Positions 1-8,958 of a stretch of 44,242 nt of DNA are shown here, in pieces (within the stretch, counting starts at the first letter, position 1; every line of letters begins with the position of its first letter). The notes below the pieces were generated by a model, which was given only the letters and a program-made list of their open reading frames with translations, did not search any database and was not told where the DNA came from. Source of the DNA: a candidate division WWE3 bacterium (lineage in GTDB: Bacteria > Patescibacteriota > WWE3 > UBA101185 > UBA10185). A program made the position numbers and the translations under genes. The stretch covers positions 1 through 44,242 of the forward strand of contig CAMDGN010000002.1 in assembly GCA_945897985.1 (NCBI GenBank), in the 5' to 3' direction.

Positions 1-701
1 ACTTTAGCTTCAAAGTCAGAAAGTGTTTCTCCGACAAATTTTTCAATTTCCATTATTTCTAGTTTGAACTCAATCTTGCCTTGTTCGATTTTAGAAACAC
101 TTAACATATCGTTTATAAGGCTTAGCATTCTCTCTGACGAGTTAATGGCCTTATTGACGTATTCTGCTTGTTTAGGGCTTAATGGGCCTGCTTTTTCCTC
201 TTGAAGGAGCCAAAGATAGCTTTTAATTATAGTCATAGGAGTTCTTAATTCATGCGAGGTTATTGTAATAAAATCATCTTTTGAGATCTCTGATTTTTTC
301 TCTGGAGTAACATCAGTTAGCGTTAGAACGTATTCCTCGTTGCCTGGTGTTTCTGCTGTGATAACAGATATTCTAAGATTAAAGTAGAATTCTTTATCGT
401 CGATAATTTGCATCAGGCCATTTAGGTTGATACTGGTACTATTAATAAAGTTTTTAATAGGAATTACTTTTTCGTTTTTATCTACTAAAAACAAGACTGA
501 ATCGATTTTTTTACCAATCAGATCTTGATTCTTTCCAAAGAAAATTTCGCTCTTTTTATTGGCTAAAGTAATTATAAATTTACTATTCAGGACAAAAATA
601 CTTTCTGAAATATTGTAAATTAGTTTTTGAGATTTTTTTTGAGCTATGTAGAGTTCACGATTTTTAAGATAGAGCTCTTTCTCGAGGTTAATTTTTGGCA
701 T
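1..701 (-). CDS. Sensor histidine kinase, N-terminal part (coiled-coil/PAS-like region plus HisKA phosphoacceptor domain). The 3' end lies beyond the window.
   Basis: Absent from the ORF track because no stop falls in the window. My reverse-strand translation from ATG (comp. 699-701) reads MPKINLEKELYLKNRELYIAQKK...DDFITITSHELRTPMTIIKSYLWLLQEEKAGPLSPKQAEYVNKAINSSERMLSLINDMLSVSKIEQGK. SHELRTPM is the canonical H-box (His codon comp. 252-254). No TM segment in the 233 aa visible. Confidence 0.8.
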   Translation of the reverse strand, partial: MPKINLEKELYLKNRELYIAQKKSQKLIYNISESIFVLNSKFIITLANKKSEIFFGKNQDLIGKKIDSVLFLVDKNEKVIPIKNFINSTSINLNGLMQIIDDKEFYFNLRISVITAETPGNEEYVLTLTDVTPEKKSEISKDDFITITSHELRTPMTIIKSYLWLLQEEKAGPLSPKQAEYVNKAINSSERMLSLINDMLSVSKIEQGKIEFKLEIMEIEKFVGETLSDFEAK

Positions 702-725
702 AGGTTATAATTCTATCTTATTTTT

Positions 726-977
726 TTACTTTTTGAATAAATTGTGTCTTTTTATTACTTCATCACAAACTTCAACTGATGCATCCCCAAATATCTCTTC
801 GAAAGATTTAACTAGTTTTTTAAGTGCGTCAGCTGGTGAAGTTAGAATTTTAATATTATCTCCCTCGATAGTGATAACTTTTGTTGATCTAACTCTATCT
901 AGAGCGACTCGGGACCCTACAATATTTGATTGTTCTTGAATGATCTCTTTTATTATTGTACTAATTTCGTTTTTCAT
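726..977 (-). CDS. Hypothetical small protein (83 aa), no family recognised
   Basis: ORF with balanced charged/hydrophobic composition. It overlaps the upstream membrane-protein gene by 17 nt (coupled) and ends 24 nt before the kinase start. The competing + strand ORF 733-939 is Ser/Thr-rich and looks like an antisense artefact. Confidence 0.45.
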   Translation of the reverse strand: MKNEISTIIKEIIQEQSNIVGSRVALDRVRSTKVITIEGDNIKILTSPADALKKLVKSFEEIFGDASVEVCDEVIKRHNLFKK

Positions 978-1767
978 TTAAGCTATCAGGGTTTAGCATC
1001 AATACCCCATAAGTTACAAAGGAGATTGACATAAAGAATATTAAATCTGAAAGAGAGCCATTGGTTTTTTCGGTTACAAATATCTCAAACAAATTATCAG
1101 CAAAATATTGACAAAGAAGTCCAATCAAAATTAATTGAAGAGCATTCTTATACATCCCACCTAATTTCTTTGAAAAAAGAAGGATTGAAACAACATAAGT
1201 TGAAAGAAGTACACTTCCTACAATATAGAAAGTATCGATATCTAAATTAGTAAAAGATGTGAAAATATCCTGGTTTCTTATTAAACAAATTGCAATGTAA
1301 TTTAAAATCAAAATTAAAGCTGAGAGTAGTAGCAAGTTTAAATTTTTAAGAATTCCACTTAAAGTACCAATCGCTTTTGACATAAAATAAACAGCTAGAA
1401 GATACAAAGGATCAATAAGTATAAAAAAGAAGTCATAGATATTTAGAGGCGTAATGGATTTTGAGTCTAAAAAGTAAAATGTTTCTCCTATTGCCCACAT
1501 TAATAAGGCTAGAGATACAAATATGAGGGATAGTCCCATATAACTTTTAGTAAATCCCCAAAGTTTGCTTCTTTGATAACTAAGAAAGGCTCCAGCTAAG
1601 GAAATTGAGATTATAAGTCCGGCAAAAATATCTCCAAATAATTCCTGACCGTCGAACCAAATTGAGAGGTGGTAACCTCCCCAGAAAACAATAGTTGAAA
1701 TGAAGAATAGTGATACATAGAAATTAAAAGATTTTCTGGAAATTGGGGGCAAGTTTTTCTTTTTCAT
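961..1767 (-). CDS. Polytopic membrane protein (about 7-8 TM), unknown function; possibly a stand-alone sensor module
   Basis: 268 aa, almost entirely hydrophobic helices (e.g. FYVSLFFISTIVFWGG, LSLIFVSLALLMWAIGETFYF, LILIGLLCQYFADNLFEIF). Same strand and tightly packed with speH upstream and the small ORF/kinase downstream. Confidence 0.6.
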   Translation of the reverse strand: MKKKNLPPISRKSFNFYVSLFFISTIVFWGGYHLSIWFDGQELFGDIFAGLIISISLAGAFLSYQRSKLWGFTKSYMGLSLIFVSLALLMWAIGETFYFLDSKSITPLNIYDFFFILIDPLYLLAVYFMSKAIGTLSGILKNLNLLLLSALILILNYIAICLIRNQDIFTSFTNLDIDTFYIVGSVLLSTYVVSILLFSKKLGGMYKNALQLILIGLLCQYFADNLFEIFVTEKTNGSLSDLIFFMSISFVTYGVLMLNPDSLNEKRN

Positions 1768-1777
1768 ATTTTATTTA

Positions 1778-2185
1778 TTAATATATGTTATCAATAGGAT
1801 ACTTCATTCCCCTCCTAAAGTGCAAGACATCTTTATCTTTAGGTTTAAAAATTTCAGTTAAATAGGAGATAATTTTGGAGGTGTCAAATTCCTTACATGA
1901 ATAGAGGTCGATAGTTATAAAACCTCTTTTTGCAAATGTATGAATTGTGATATGAGATTCTTGGATAAAAACAGCACCGGTAAATCCGCCGGGATCTTTT
2001 CCACCGAGGATTAAATTTCCTTCTGATTTTATAATCATTGGTTCAGTTATTTTATGCATTCCCGCAAGAGTTACTAATGTATTTAAAACATCGTAACAAA
2101 TTTCCATGTTGTTGAGGGAGGAGTAGTCACAGCCGTAGGCATCAAAGATTAGATGTTCACCGAAAGCGGACGTTTTTTCGATCAT
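1778..2185 (-). CDS. speH: S-adenosylmethionine decarboxylase proenzyme (pyruvoyl-dependent, small bacterial/archaeal SpeH/SpeD type)
   Basis: 135 aa. GEHLIFDAYGCD...AVFIQESHITIHTF...ITIDLYSCKEFD follows the class-1 AdoMetDC pattern, including the Glu-Ser self-cleavage site (E76-S77) in ESHxTIHT and the DxYxC motif. Confidence 0.8.
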   Translation of the reverse strand: MIEKTSAFGEHLIFDAYGCDYSSLNNMEICYDVLNTLVTLAGMHKITEPMIIKSEGNLILGGKDPGGFTGAVFIQESHITIHTFAKRGFITIDLYSCKEFDTSKIISYLTEIFKPKDKDVLHFRRGMKYPIDNIY

Positions 2186-2237
2186 TACAGTAAATTAGAT
2201 ACCAAATTTCTTGAATTGTAAATACCATTTTATGTAA

Positions 2238-2243
2238 TACAAT
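2238..2243 (+). promoter_or_regulatory. Putative -10 box (TACAAT), 6 nt upstream of ATG 2250; candidate leaderless promoter of the CAP gene and first glycan unit
   Basis: TACAAT-aaatta-ATG. A possible -35 TTGTAA at 2216-2221 (16-nt spacer). No SD-like purine run. Confidence 0.45.
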
Positions 2244-2249
2244 AAATTA

Positions 2250-3137
2250 ATGAAAGATCTTGCCCATTTTAAAGAGAAGTCTTTAATGAAACACCACTTT
2301 GTTCCAAATAAAGATACTAAAAAAAGAGCTAGACTTTTGCATCACAAATTTTTTTATCTTTATTCTTCAGTTTTTGTAGTTTTATTTTTATTAATTAATG
2401 TTTCTAAAAGTGTAAAACCAGGTGTACTAGGTTACTCCTCAGAGATTACTGTTAGACAGCTCCTAGATGATACAAATAAAGAAAGAGATAGAAGTGGTAA
2501 AAAACCTTTAGCAATTAACGAGAAGTTATCTAAAGCCGCAAAATTAAAAGCTGATTACATGTTTGCCAAAAATTTTTGGGCTCACACCGCTCCTGATGGG
2601 ACACAGCCTTGGGAGTTTGTTTTACAAGAGGGTTACGATTATGCCTATGCGGGTGAAAACTTAGCTAGAAACTTTTACTATTCTCAAGAAGTTGTGGACG
2701 CTTGGATGAACTCACCGTCTCACAAAGAAAATTTACTGTCAGAGAATTATGATGAGGTAGGTTTTGCTGTTGAAAATGGTGTGCTTGATGGCTATGAAAC
2801 AACTTTGGTTGTTCAATTTTTTGGTCGACCGAAAAATACTGCTGCAATCACAACCAAAAGCGATCAGGAAAGATACCTCAATTCTCTAAATGAAAAAGTT
2901 TCAACCATGGGTGTTTCTACAAAAACAACCTCATCTGTTATAGATGTTCCTTCTTTGTTTAGATATGTAGCTTTCACAATACTTGGATTTGTTTTAGCTT
3001 TGTTTATTCTTGATATTTATTATTCTAGAACTAGAGGGGTTGATAAATTTACTGGCCATACTTCAGCTCATATAATGGTTCTTTTGGTGACAATGTTTAG
3101 TGTTTATATTATTTTCAAGAATGGTCATATTTTATGA
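2250..3137 (+). CDS. Membrane-anchored CAP/SCP/PR-1 (YkwD-like) domain protein
   Basis: CAP-domain stretch WAHTAPDGTQPWEFV...YAGENLARNF...VVDAWMNSPSHKENLL...YDEVGFAV. N-terminal TM (FFYLYSSVFVVLFLLINV), Ser/Thr-rich linker (VSTMGVSTKTTSSV), two C-terminal TM helices. Confidence 0.8.
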   Translation: MKDLAHFKEKSLMKHHFVPNKDTKKRARLLHHKFFYLYSSVFVVLFLLINVSKSVKPGVLGYSSEITVRQLLDDTNKERDRSGKKPLAINEKLSKAAKLKADYMFAKNFWAHTAPDGTQPWEFVLQEGYDYAYAGENLARNFYYSQEVVDAWMNSPSHKENLLSENYDEVGFAVENGVLDGYETTLVVQFFGRPKNTAAITTKSDQERYLNSLNEKVSTMGVSTKTTSSVIDVPSLFRYVAFTILGFVLALFILDIYYSRTRGVDKFTGHTSAHIMVLLVTMFSVYIIFKNGHIL

Positions 3138-3388
3138 ACTATAGAAAACATATTTTCGAGTACATATTTATAGGGGTATATTTTGCGTTCTTAATTTACT
3201 TTTTTCAGTATCTTTCATTTAGTCCTTATAGTGCCTATATTTTTTCAGCTTCTCTACCTGCATTTTATTTGCTTTGGTCATTGCTTCATCATTACTTTGA
3301 AGAAAGGCTAAATCTTAATATTTTCTTAGAATATTTGTCAATTAGCCTTTTTATCTTTATAATACTTACTACTGCCTCAAATCTATAA
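3134..3388 (+). CDS. Small hydrophobic membrane protein (84 aa, about 3 TM), unknown function
   Basis: ATGA start/stop overlap with the CAP gene, and its stop abuts the next ATG. The sequence is almost entirely TM helices. Confidence 0.5.
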   Translation: MNYRKHIFEYIFIGVYFAFLIYFFQYLSFSPYSAYIFSASLPAFYLLWSLLHHYFEERLNLNIFLEYLSISLFIFIILTTASNL

Positions 3389-4507
3389 ATGAAGATATCA
3401 ATAATTATTCCTACTTATAACGAAGAGGAAAACATCAAAACCCTGGTCCCTTTACTGGTTGCTAAATTTAAAGAATTTAAAAGTTATGATTTTTCCATAC
3501 TTTTTGTAGACGGTAATTCCAAAGATAAAACGGTAGTTGCAATAAAAAATTTCCAAAAAGAAATTAAAAATATATTTCTAATAGAAGAAGAGTCAAAAAC
3601 TGGTCTAGGAGGAGCTTATATTAAAGGTTACATCTATTCCATGAAAAAATTAAAAGCTGATTACGTTGTTGAAATGGATGCTGATCTGCAACATAGTCCC
3701 GATGACTTTCCAAAATTAATTTCCAAAATTAAAGAAGATTACGATTTAATTATTGGTTCCAGGTATGTTAAAGGGGGTTCTGTTCCTAAAGAGTGGGCAT
3801 TATATCGAAAATTTATTTCTTACTTTGGAAGTCTCTTTGCTAGAGTTTTGCTTAGAATTATGAAGGTAAAGGATTTTACTTCAGGATTTAGAGTAACCAA
3901 AGTTAAAGGAATTTTAGACCAGATTGATTTTACTCAAATCAAATCAAAAGGTTTTGCCTACAAGATGGATATGTTAGTTCGAATTTATGAAATGAAAGCA
4001 AGGATTGTGGAGGTTCCGATCGCGTTTGGGTTACGAGATAGGGGAACTTCCAAGATGGAGAAGAAAAACTTTAGAGATTCACTAGATGTTGTTTTATATT
4101 TTGCACTTCAGAGAAATAAAAATTTTATAAAATTCGTAATTGTTGGATTTGGTGGACTCTTTACCGATTTACTTATTTTTAACTTACTCTCTTTAAAGAT
4201 TGCTTCTTCGGCAGCTAGTTTAGTTTCAGGAATCTTCGCATTAACTTTTACATTCCTTATGAATAATTTTTGGTCCTTTAGCGAAAGACAAAAAAAGACT
4301 TTTAGAGAAATTATTCCAGTTTTTGTGATTTACGGAATTAGTTCTTATGTTCCGATTCTTTTAAGAAGTTACCTAATTCACTTTTTAGAATCTACCTATG
4401 GAGACACACTTGTTATTAGTAATATTGGTTTCTTAATCGGTGTTGTGTTTGGAATTGTTTGGAACTTTACAGTTTATAGTAAAATTATATGGAAGAAAAA
4501 ATCATGA
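3389..4507 (+). CDS. Polyprenyl-phosphate glycosyltransferase (GT2, Dpm1/GtrB/ArnC type) fused to a C-terminal GtrA-like membrane domain
   Basis: GT2 core motifs ISIIIPTYNEEENI, VEMDADLQHSPDD, GSRY. C-terminal 4-TM region FIKFVIVGFGGLFTDLLIFNLL...NNFWSF...WNFTVYSKIIW is typical of GtrA. Confidence 0.8.
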   Translation: MKISIIIPTYNEEENIKTLVPLLVAKFKEFKSYDFSILFVDGNSKDKTVVAIKNFQKEIKNIFLIEEESKTGLGGAYIKGYIYSMKKLKADYVVEMDADLQHSPDDFPKLISKIKEDYDLIIGSRYVKGGSVPKEWALYRKFISYFGSLFARVLLRIMKVKDFTSGFRVTKVKGILDQIDFTQIKSKGFAYKMDMLVRIYEMKARIVEVPIAFGLRDRGTSKMEKKNFRDSLDVVLYFALQRNKNFIKFVIVGFGGLFTDLLIFNLLSLKIASSAASLVSGIFALTFTFLMNNFWSFSERQKKTFREIIPVFVIYGISSYVPILLRSYLIHFLESTYGDTLVISNIGFLIGVVFGIVWNFTVYSKIIWKKKS

Positions 4508-5274
4508 AACAACATAAAGTCGACATTTCAATTGTTATACCTTGCTATAACGAAGAAGAGAGGATTATCTCTTCAATTAGCTCTGTTGTATCCTTTATGA
4601 ATTCCTTTAACCCATCGTTTGAGATTATAGTAGTTGATGATGGCTCAAAGGATAATTCTGTTACTTTATTAAAAAATTATATTTCAACTAGAGATAATAT
4701 TTATTTAATTGAAAATCCGCACAAAGGAAAAGGTTTTGCTGTTCGAACTGGCGTTTTGTTGTCAGAAGGTAAATATGTTTTGATGTCTGACGCGGATTTA
4801 GCAACACCAATTGATGAGATAAAAAGACTTCTAGTTTGGGTAGAAAATAATAACTATGATATCGCTATAGCTTCCAGAGAAGGCTTAGGTGCCTCAAGAT
4901 CCGATGAGCCTTTTATAAGACATTTAATGGGAAGAGTTTTTAACTTTTTAATTAAAATTCTTGTTGGGCTATTTTACAATGATACTCAATGCGGATTTAA
5001 GTTGATAAAAGGGGATGCAGCTAGGGATATTTTTAATAGAATGATTCTTTTCGGTGATGATGCACGAATTGTAAAATATCCAAAAGTAACTGCTTTTGAC
5101 GTTGAAGTTTTAGTAATTGCCAAAAATGACGGATTAAAAGTAAAAGAAGTTCCTGTTGCTTGGAGCTATATCCCAACTAAGCGTGTTTCAGCGATTCGAG
5201 ATTCAGTTTTAATGCTCATGGAAATTTTAAAAATAAGAATAAATGATTTATTTGGGAGATACAAAAAGAGATAG
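4504..5274 (+). CDS. GT2 glycosyltransferase, Alg5-like (candidate polyprenyl-phosphate beta-glucosyltransferase)
   Basis: ISIVIPCYNEEERI, VVDDGSKD, MSDADLATPIDE, ASREG, QCGFK. The track start is 4489, but ATG 4504 forms an ATGA overlap with the upstream stop and directly precedes the GT2 N-terminus. Confidence 0.7.
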   Translation: MKQHKVDISIVIPCYNEEERIISSISSVVSFMNSFNPSFEIIVVDDGSKDNSVTLLKNYISTRDNIYLIENPHKGKGFAVRTGVLLSEGKYVLMSDADLATPIDEIKRLLVWVENNNYDIAIASREGLGASRSDEPFIRHLMGRVFNFLIKILVGLFYNDTQCGFKLIKGDAARDIFNRMILFGDDARIVKYPKVTAFDVEVLVIAKNDGLKVKEVPVAWSYIPTKRVSAIRDSVLMLMEILKIRINDLFGRYKKR

Positions 5275-5286
5275 AAAGGTTTCAAT

Positions 5287-6579
5287 ATGAGAATTTGCGT
5301 AATTGGTACAGGTTATGTCGGTTTAGTTGGCTCTTCAGTTTTTGCAGACTGGGGTAATGAGGTAATTGGGGTTGATAATAATCCTGAAAAAATTAAGATG
5401 ATTGAGTCCGGAGTAATGCCTATTTTTGAACCAGGTTTAAGAGAGCTTGTTGCTAAAGGTATTTCTAGTGGTAATCTAAGATTTACTGATTCGTTAAAAG
5501 CAGGAATCAACGACGCTGAGATCATTTTTATATGCGTCGGTACACCTATGGGAGAGGACGGAAGTGCCGATTTAAAATACATTTATCAAGTTGCTGATGA
5601 GATAGCGCTTGAAATGAAAACACCTAAGATAATATCAATTAAAAGCACAGTTCCAGTTGGAACAAATAAAAAGATCAGAGAATATATTAAAAATAAAACC
5701 TCAGTAGAATTTGACTCGGTATCAGTCCCTGAATTTTTAAGAGAAGGTTCCTCAATTGAGGATATGAATCAAACCGATAGAACTGTGATTGGATCCAATA
5801 GCCCTGAAGCTATTGAGAAAGTCTCTAGGCTATTCGAACATTTAAATTCTCCTATTGTTAAATGTGACTTAGAGAGTGCGGAATTGATTAAATACGCTTC
5901 CAATTCCTTTCTAGCCACTAAAATTTCTTTTATTAACGAAATAGCTCAAATTTGCGATTTGAGTGGGGCTGATGTATCCAAGGTGGCTCAAGGTATGGGT
6001 TTGGACTCCCGAATTGGCCCTAAGTTTCTAAACGCTTCTATTGGGTATGGAGGTAGCTGTTTTCCTAAAGATGTCCAAGCTCTATACAAAACATCTAGTG
6101 ATTTAGGGTATCACTTTAATATATTAGAGAGTGTGATAAAGACTAATAAAGACCAAAAGCACTACTTTATTGAAAAAATTAAAAAAGTATACGGGGAGGG
6201 TCTTAAAGGAAAAACCGTCGCTTGCTTAGGCCTTGCCTTTAAAAATGATACCGACGATATTAGAGAATCCGTAGCAATTGAGGTCGTTCGAATTTTAAGA
6301 GATATGGGAGCTGAAATAAAAGCTTTCGATCCTGAAGCAATGCCAAATTCCAAAAAAGTACTTGGAGACTCCGGTATTACTTACTGCGCTACAAAAGAAG
6401 ATGCCGTAACGAACTCTGATTTTCTTGTGATTTTAACCGAATGGCGAGAATTTAAAGAACTCCAAGACTCAGTTCTAATTTCTGTTAAAGATAAAAATAT
6501 TTTTGATGGAAGAAACTTACTTGATAGAACTAAACTTGGTAATTTAGGAATTAATTATTATTGTATCGGTAAAAAATGA
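5287..6579 (+). CDS. ugd: UDP-glucose 6-dehydrogenase
   Basis: N-terminal Rossmann MRICVIGTGYVGLV, catalytic-Cys motif GYGGSCFPKD, 430 aa, C-terminal UDP-binding domain (GLAFKNDTDDIRES). AAAGG lies 7 nt upstream of the ATG, one of the few SD-like sites in the window. Confidence 0.9.
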   Translation: MRICVIGTGYVGLVGSSVFADWGNEVIGVDNNPEKIKMIESGVMPIFEPGLRELVAKGISSGNLRFTDSLKAGINDAEIIFICVGTPMGEDGSADLKYIYQVADEIALEMKTPKIISIKSTVPVGTNKKIREYIKNKTSVEFDSVSVPEFLREGSSIEDMNQTDRTVIGSNSPEAIEKVSRLFEHLNSPIVKCDLESAELIKYASNSFLATKISFINEIAQICDLSGADVSKVAQGMGLDSRIGPKFLNASIGYGGSCFPKDVQALYKTSSDLGYHFNILESVIKTNKDQKHYFIEKIKKVYGEGLKGKTVACLGLAFKNDTDDIRESVAIEVVRILRDMGAEIKAFDPEAMPNSKKVLGDSGITYCATKEDAVTNSDFLVILTEWREFKELQDSVLISVKDKNIFDGRNLLDRTKLGNLGINYYCIGKK

Positions 6580-7790
6580 AGAAAATTCTCTATTTTGTCC
6601 CCACCTTTTCAAATCTCTCTGAAACCTTTATTTTAAGAGAGATTGAATCTCTGGAGCAAAGAGGGAATCTTGATATACATGTAATTTCCCTTAAAGAAGG
6701 TACGGCCAGAATCCCTGATAGCCTGATCTATAAAGTGTCTTATTTTAAAGTTGATTACGCTGATCTATTGCCGGCAATTGGATTTGGTTTTAAAAACTTT
6801 AAACACATATATAAAGTCTTTAAAAAGTTTCTGAAGGAATCTGAAGATGGTTTAAAACTAAAATTAAAAAACTTTGCCAAAGGTGTTTTATACGCTTATA
6901 AATTAAGCCCTTTTGAGTATGACCAAATTCATATTCATTTTTTATCTGATATTTCAACAATTATTTCAATTTCAGCTTTAATCAACAAAAAACCCTTTAG
7001 TATTTCTGGGCATGCTAGAGATATTTTCGTTGAAGCTTCCTCGATAAATTTTAAGGTTAAGAATTCAAAATTTATAACTGTCTGCAACACTAAAGCTTTT
7101 TTAAAATGTGTTGAGTTGTCTGGAGGTAAGGGAAGAAAAAACTTAATCATGTCGTTTCACGGTGTTGATAATTCTAAATATCAATATTCCTTAAGGAAAT
7201 TTACTTCCACGGGAAACTTAAATGTTTTAACCGACGCTAGATTTACTGAAAAAAAGGGTCTAATTCCTCTCTCTAAAGCCGTTATTTCCCTAATTAAGGA
7301 TTACAACTTTGACATCAATTTTACAATCGTTGGTTTAGCTGTAACTGAAGAGCAGTTTAAACATCTAGAGGAGATTAAGAAGTTATTCAAGGATGCCCAT
7401 ATTTATGAGAGGCTATCAATCCCGGGTCATGGTAAAGGAGTTCAACAAGACGAGGTAATTGAAATCTATAAAAACGCTCAAATTTTCATTTATGCTGGAG
7501 TTGATACTCAAAGCGGGGATTCAGATGGCGTACCCAACGGCTTGCTTCAAGCAGCCTATTCTGGTTTGCCTGTAATCACAACATTATCTGGAAGTATTGC
7601 TGACTTATTTAATGAACGAAACTCCTATATTATTAAACAAGCAAGTTTCGAAGATATTATTGAAAAATTTAATTTTTTGATGCTTGATAAGGTTAGGGCG
7701 GATAAATCTGAAAAACTAAAGAAAGATGTAAGCGAGAACTTTGATCTAATTAAAAATATAACTTACCTGGAAAGTCAGCTACTAAAATAA
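6576..7790 (+). CDS. GT-B fold glycosyltransferase (GT4, WcaL-like) with a non-canonical EX7E region
   Basis: N-terminus KILYFVPTFSNLSETFILREIESLEQRG is typical of WcaL-like GT4 proteins. C-terminal donor-binding region SDGVPNGLLQAAYSGLPVITT has D...Q where GT4 enzymes normally have E...E. Confidence 0.65.
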   Translation: MKKILYFVPTFSNLSETFILREIESLEQRGNLDIHVISLKEGTARIPDSLIYKVSYFKVDYADLLPAIGFGFKNFKHIYKVFKKFLKESEDGLKLKLKNFAKGVLYAYKLSPFEYDQIHIHFLSDISTIISISALINKKPFSISGHARDIFVEASSINFKVKNSKFITVCNTKAFLKCVELSGGKGRKNLIMSFHGVDNSKYQYSLRKFTSTGNLNVLTDARFTEKKGLIPLSKAVISLIKDYNFDINFTIVGLAVTEEQFKHLEEIKKLFKDAHIYERLSIPGHGKGVQQDEVIEIYKNAQIFIYAGVDTQSGDSDGVPNGLLQAAYSGLPVITTLSGSIADLFNERNSYIIKQASFEDIIEKFNFLMLDKVRADKSEKLKKDVSENFDLIKNITYLESQLLK

Positions 7791-8956
7791 TGAAGAAGAT
7801 TGCAATTATTACTAAAAACACTACCTTCAATAAGTACTTTGGCGGCCTTGAAGTTCATACTAAGGCATTGATTGAGAATTTAAGTTCCGATTATCAAGTA
7901 GATGTTTTTGCACCAAAGAGAGAGCTTAAAAACTTATTTGTTAAAGAGAACAACAAGAATTTCTATTTTCTTGAATGTGAGTACAAAACAGGCTTTATCT
8001 CGGATTTATCTAAAAATAATTGGTATCACGGTTTAATAACTTTTTTTGAAGAGAAATATCATGAGAATAAATATGATTTAATAATCTCTATCTCTTCTGC
8101 GGGCTACCCGATCATTCGAAATAAAGCTAAGTACAAACCAAACATTATTACAATCTGCCATGGTTCGGCTTACTCTGAATTTAAATCTTTGTACAATGAA
8201 CAGGGATTAAGTTTTAGTTTTTTTAAAAACCTTCCTTATTTTTTATATAATTACTTTTTTAAGCAGCCAGACTTCATTAGAAATTCTGACTTTGTTGTTA
8301 GTGTATCAAGCTATGTACAAGCCTCTATTGTAAAAGAAACCGGAGCCCTAGATCTTGCCAAATTCAACGTAATTCATAACGGGGCAAAACTTGAAGCATA
8401 CCAGAAAGATTTTAGTAGAACAAATTCTTTGAAAGTTCTTTTCTCCGGAAGAATTGAGAAATCAAAGGGTATCTTCATTCTGTTACAAAGTATTAAGGAT
8501 TTAAATATCAAGTTACTTATAGCCGGGGATGGTTCTATGCTTGAGCAAGCCAAACAACTTCAACTTGACTTACAGATTCAGGATAAAGTTTTATTTTTAG
8601 GTAAGTTAAACTACCCTCAGCTGACTGAGTATTATAAAGAATGTGACCTATTAGTAGCCCCTAGCCTAAGAATAGAGGGTTTCCCTATGTCTATTGTTGA
8701 AGCAATGGGTTATTACATGCCTATAATTGCAACAAAAATTGGGGGTAATGACGACGCTGTATTTGAAAATAGGAATGGGTTCTTAATATCTCCAGGAGAC
8801 GTAGATGAGCTGAAAGAGAGGATAAAGTTTTTTGATACCTATCCTGAGAAGATAAAGGAGTACGGTCTAAACTCTAGGAATCTTGCCGTCCAAAAGTTTA
8901 ATCAGGATTTTATGATAAATGAGTATAAAAATTTAATTGAAAGATTTATTATTTAG
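7790..8956 (+). CDS. GT4 glycosyltransferase
   Basis: GRIEKSKG, then EGFPMSIVEAMGYYMPIIATKIGGNDD (canonical EX7E plus glycine-rich segment). 1-nt TAATG overlap with the upstream gene. Confidence 0.8.
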   Translation: MKKIAIITKNTTFNKYFGGLEVHTKALIENLSSDYQVDVFAPKRELKNLFVKENNKNFYFLECEYKTGFISDLSKNNWYHGLITFFEEKYHENKYDLIISISSAGYPIIRNKAKYKPNIITICHGSAYSEFKSLYNEQGLSFSFFKNLPYFLYNYFFKQPDFIRNSDFVVSVSSYVQASIVKETGALDLAKFNVIHNGAKLEAYQKDFSRTNSLKVLFSGRIEKSKGIFILLQSIKDLNIKLLIAGDGSMLEQAKQLQLDLQIQDKVLFLGKLNYPQLTEYYKECDLLVAPSLRIEGFPMSIVEAMGYYMPIIATKIGGNDDAVFENRNGFLISPGDVDELKERIKFFDTYPEKIKEYGLNSRNLAVQKFNQDFMINEYKNLIERFII

Positions 8957-8958
8957 CT

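Noticed and set aside
633-640. Homopolymer tracts as phase-variation switches (T8 at 633-640 in the kinase gene, A7 at 37562-37568 at the end of a GT4 gene, T8 at 44170-44177 in the PBP gene)
   Set aside because: Runs of 7-8 A/T are expected at this base composition. There are no long poly-G/C or multi-copy short tandem repeats in any glycosyltransferase gene, and no sign of frame disruption.
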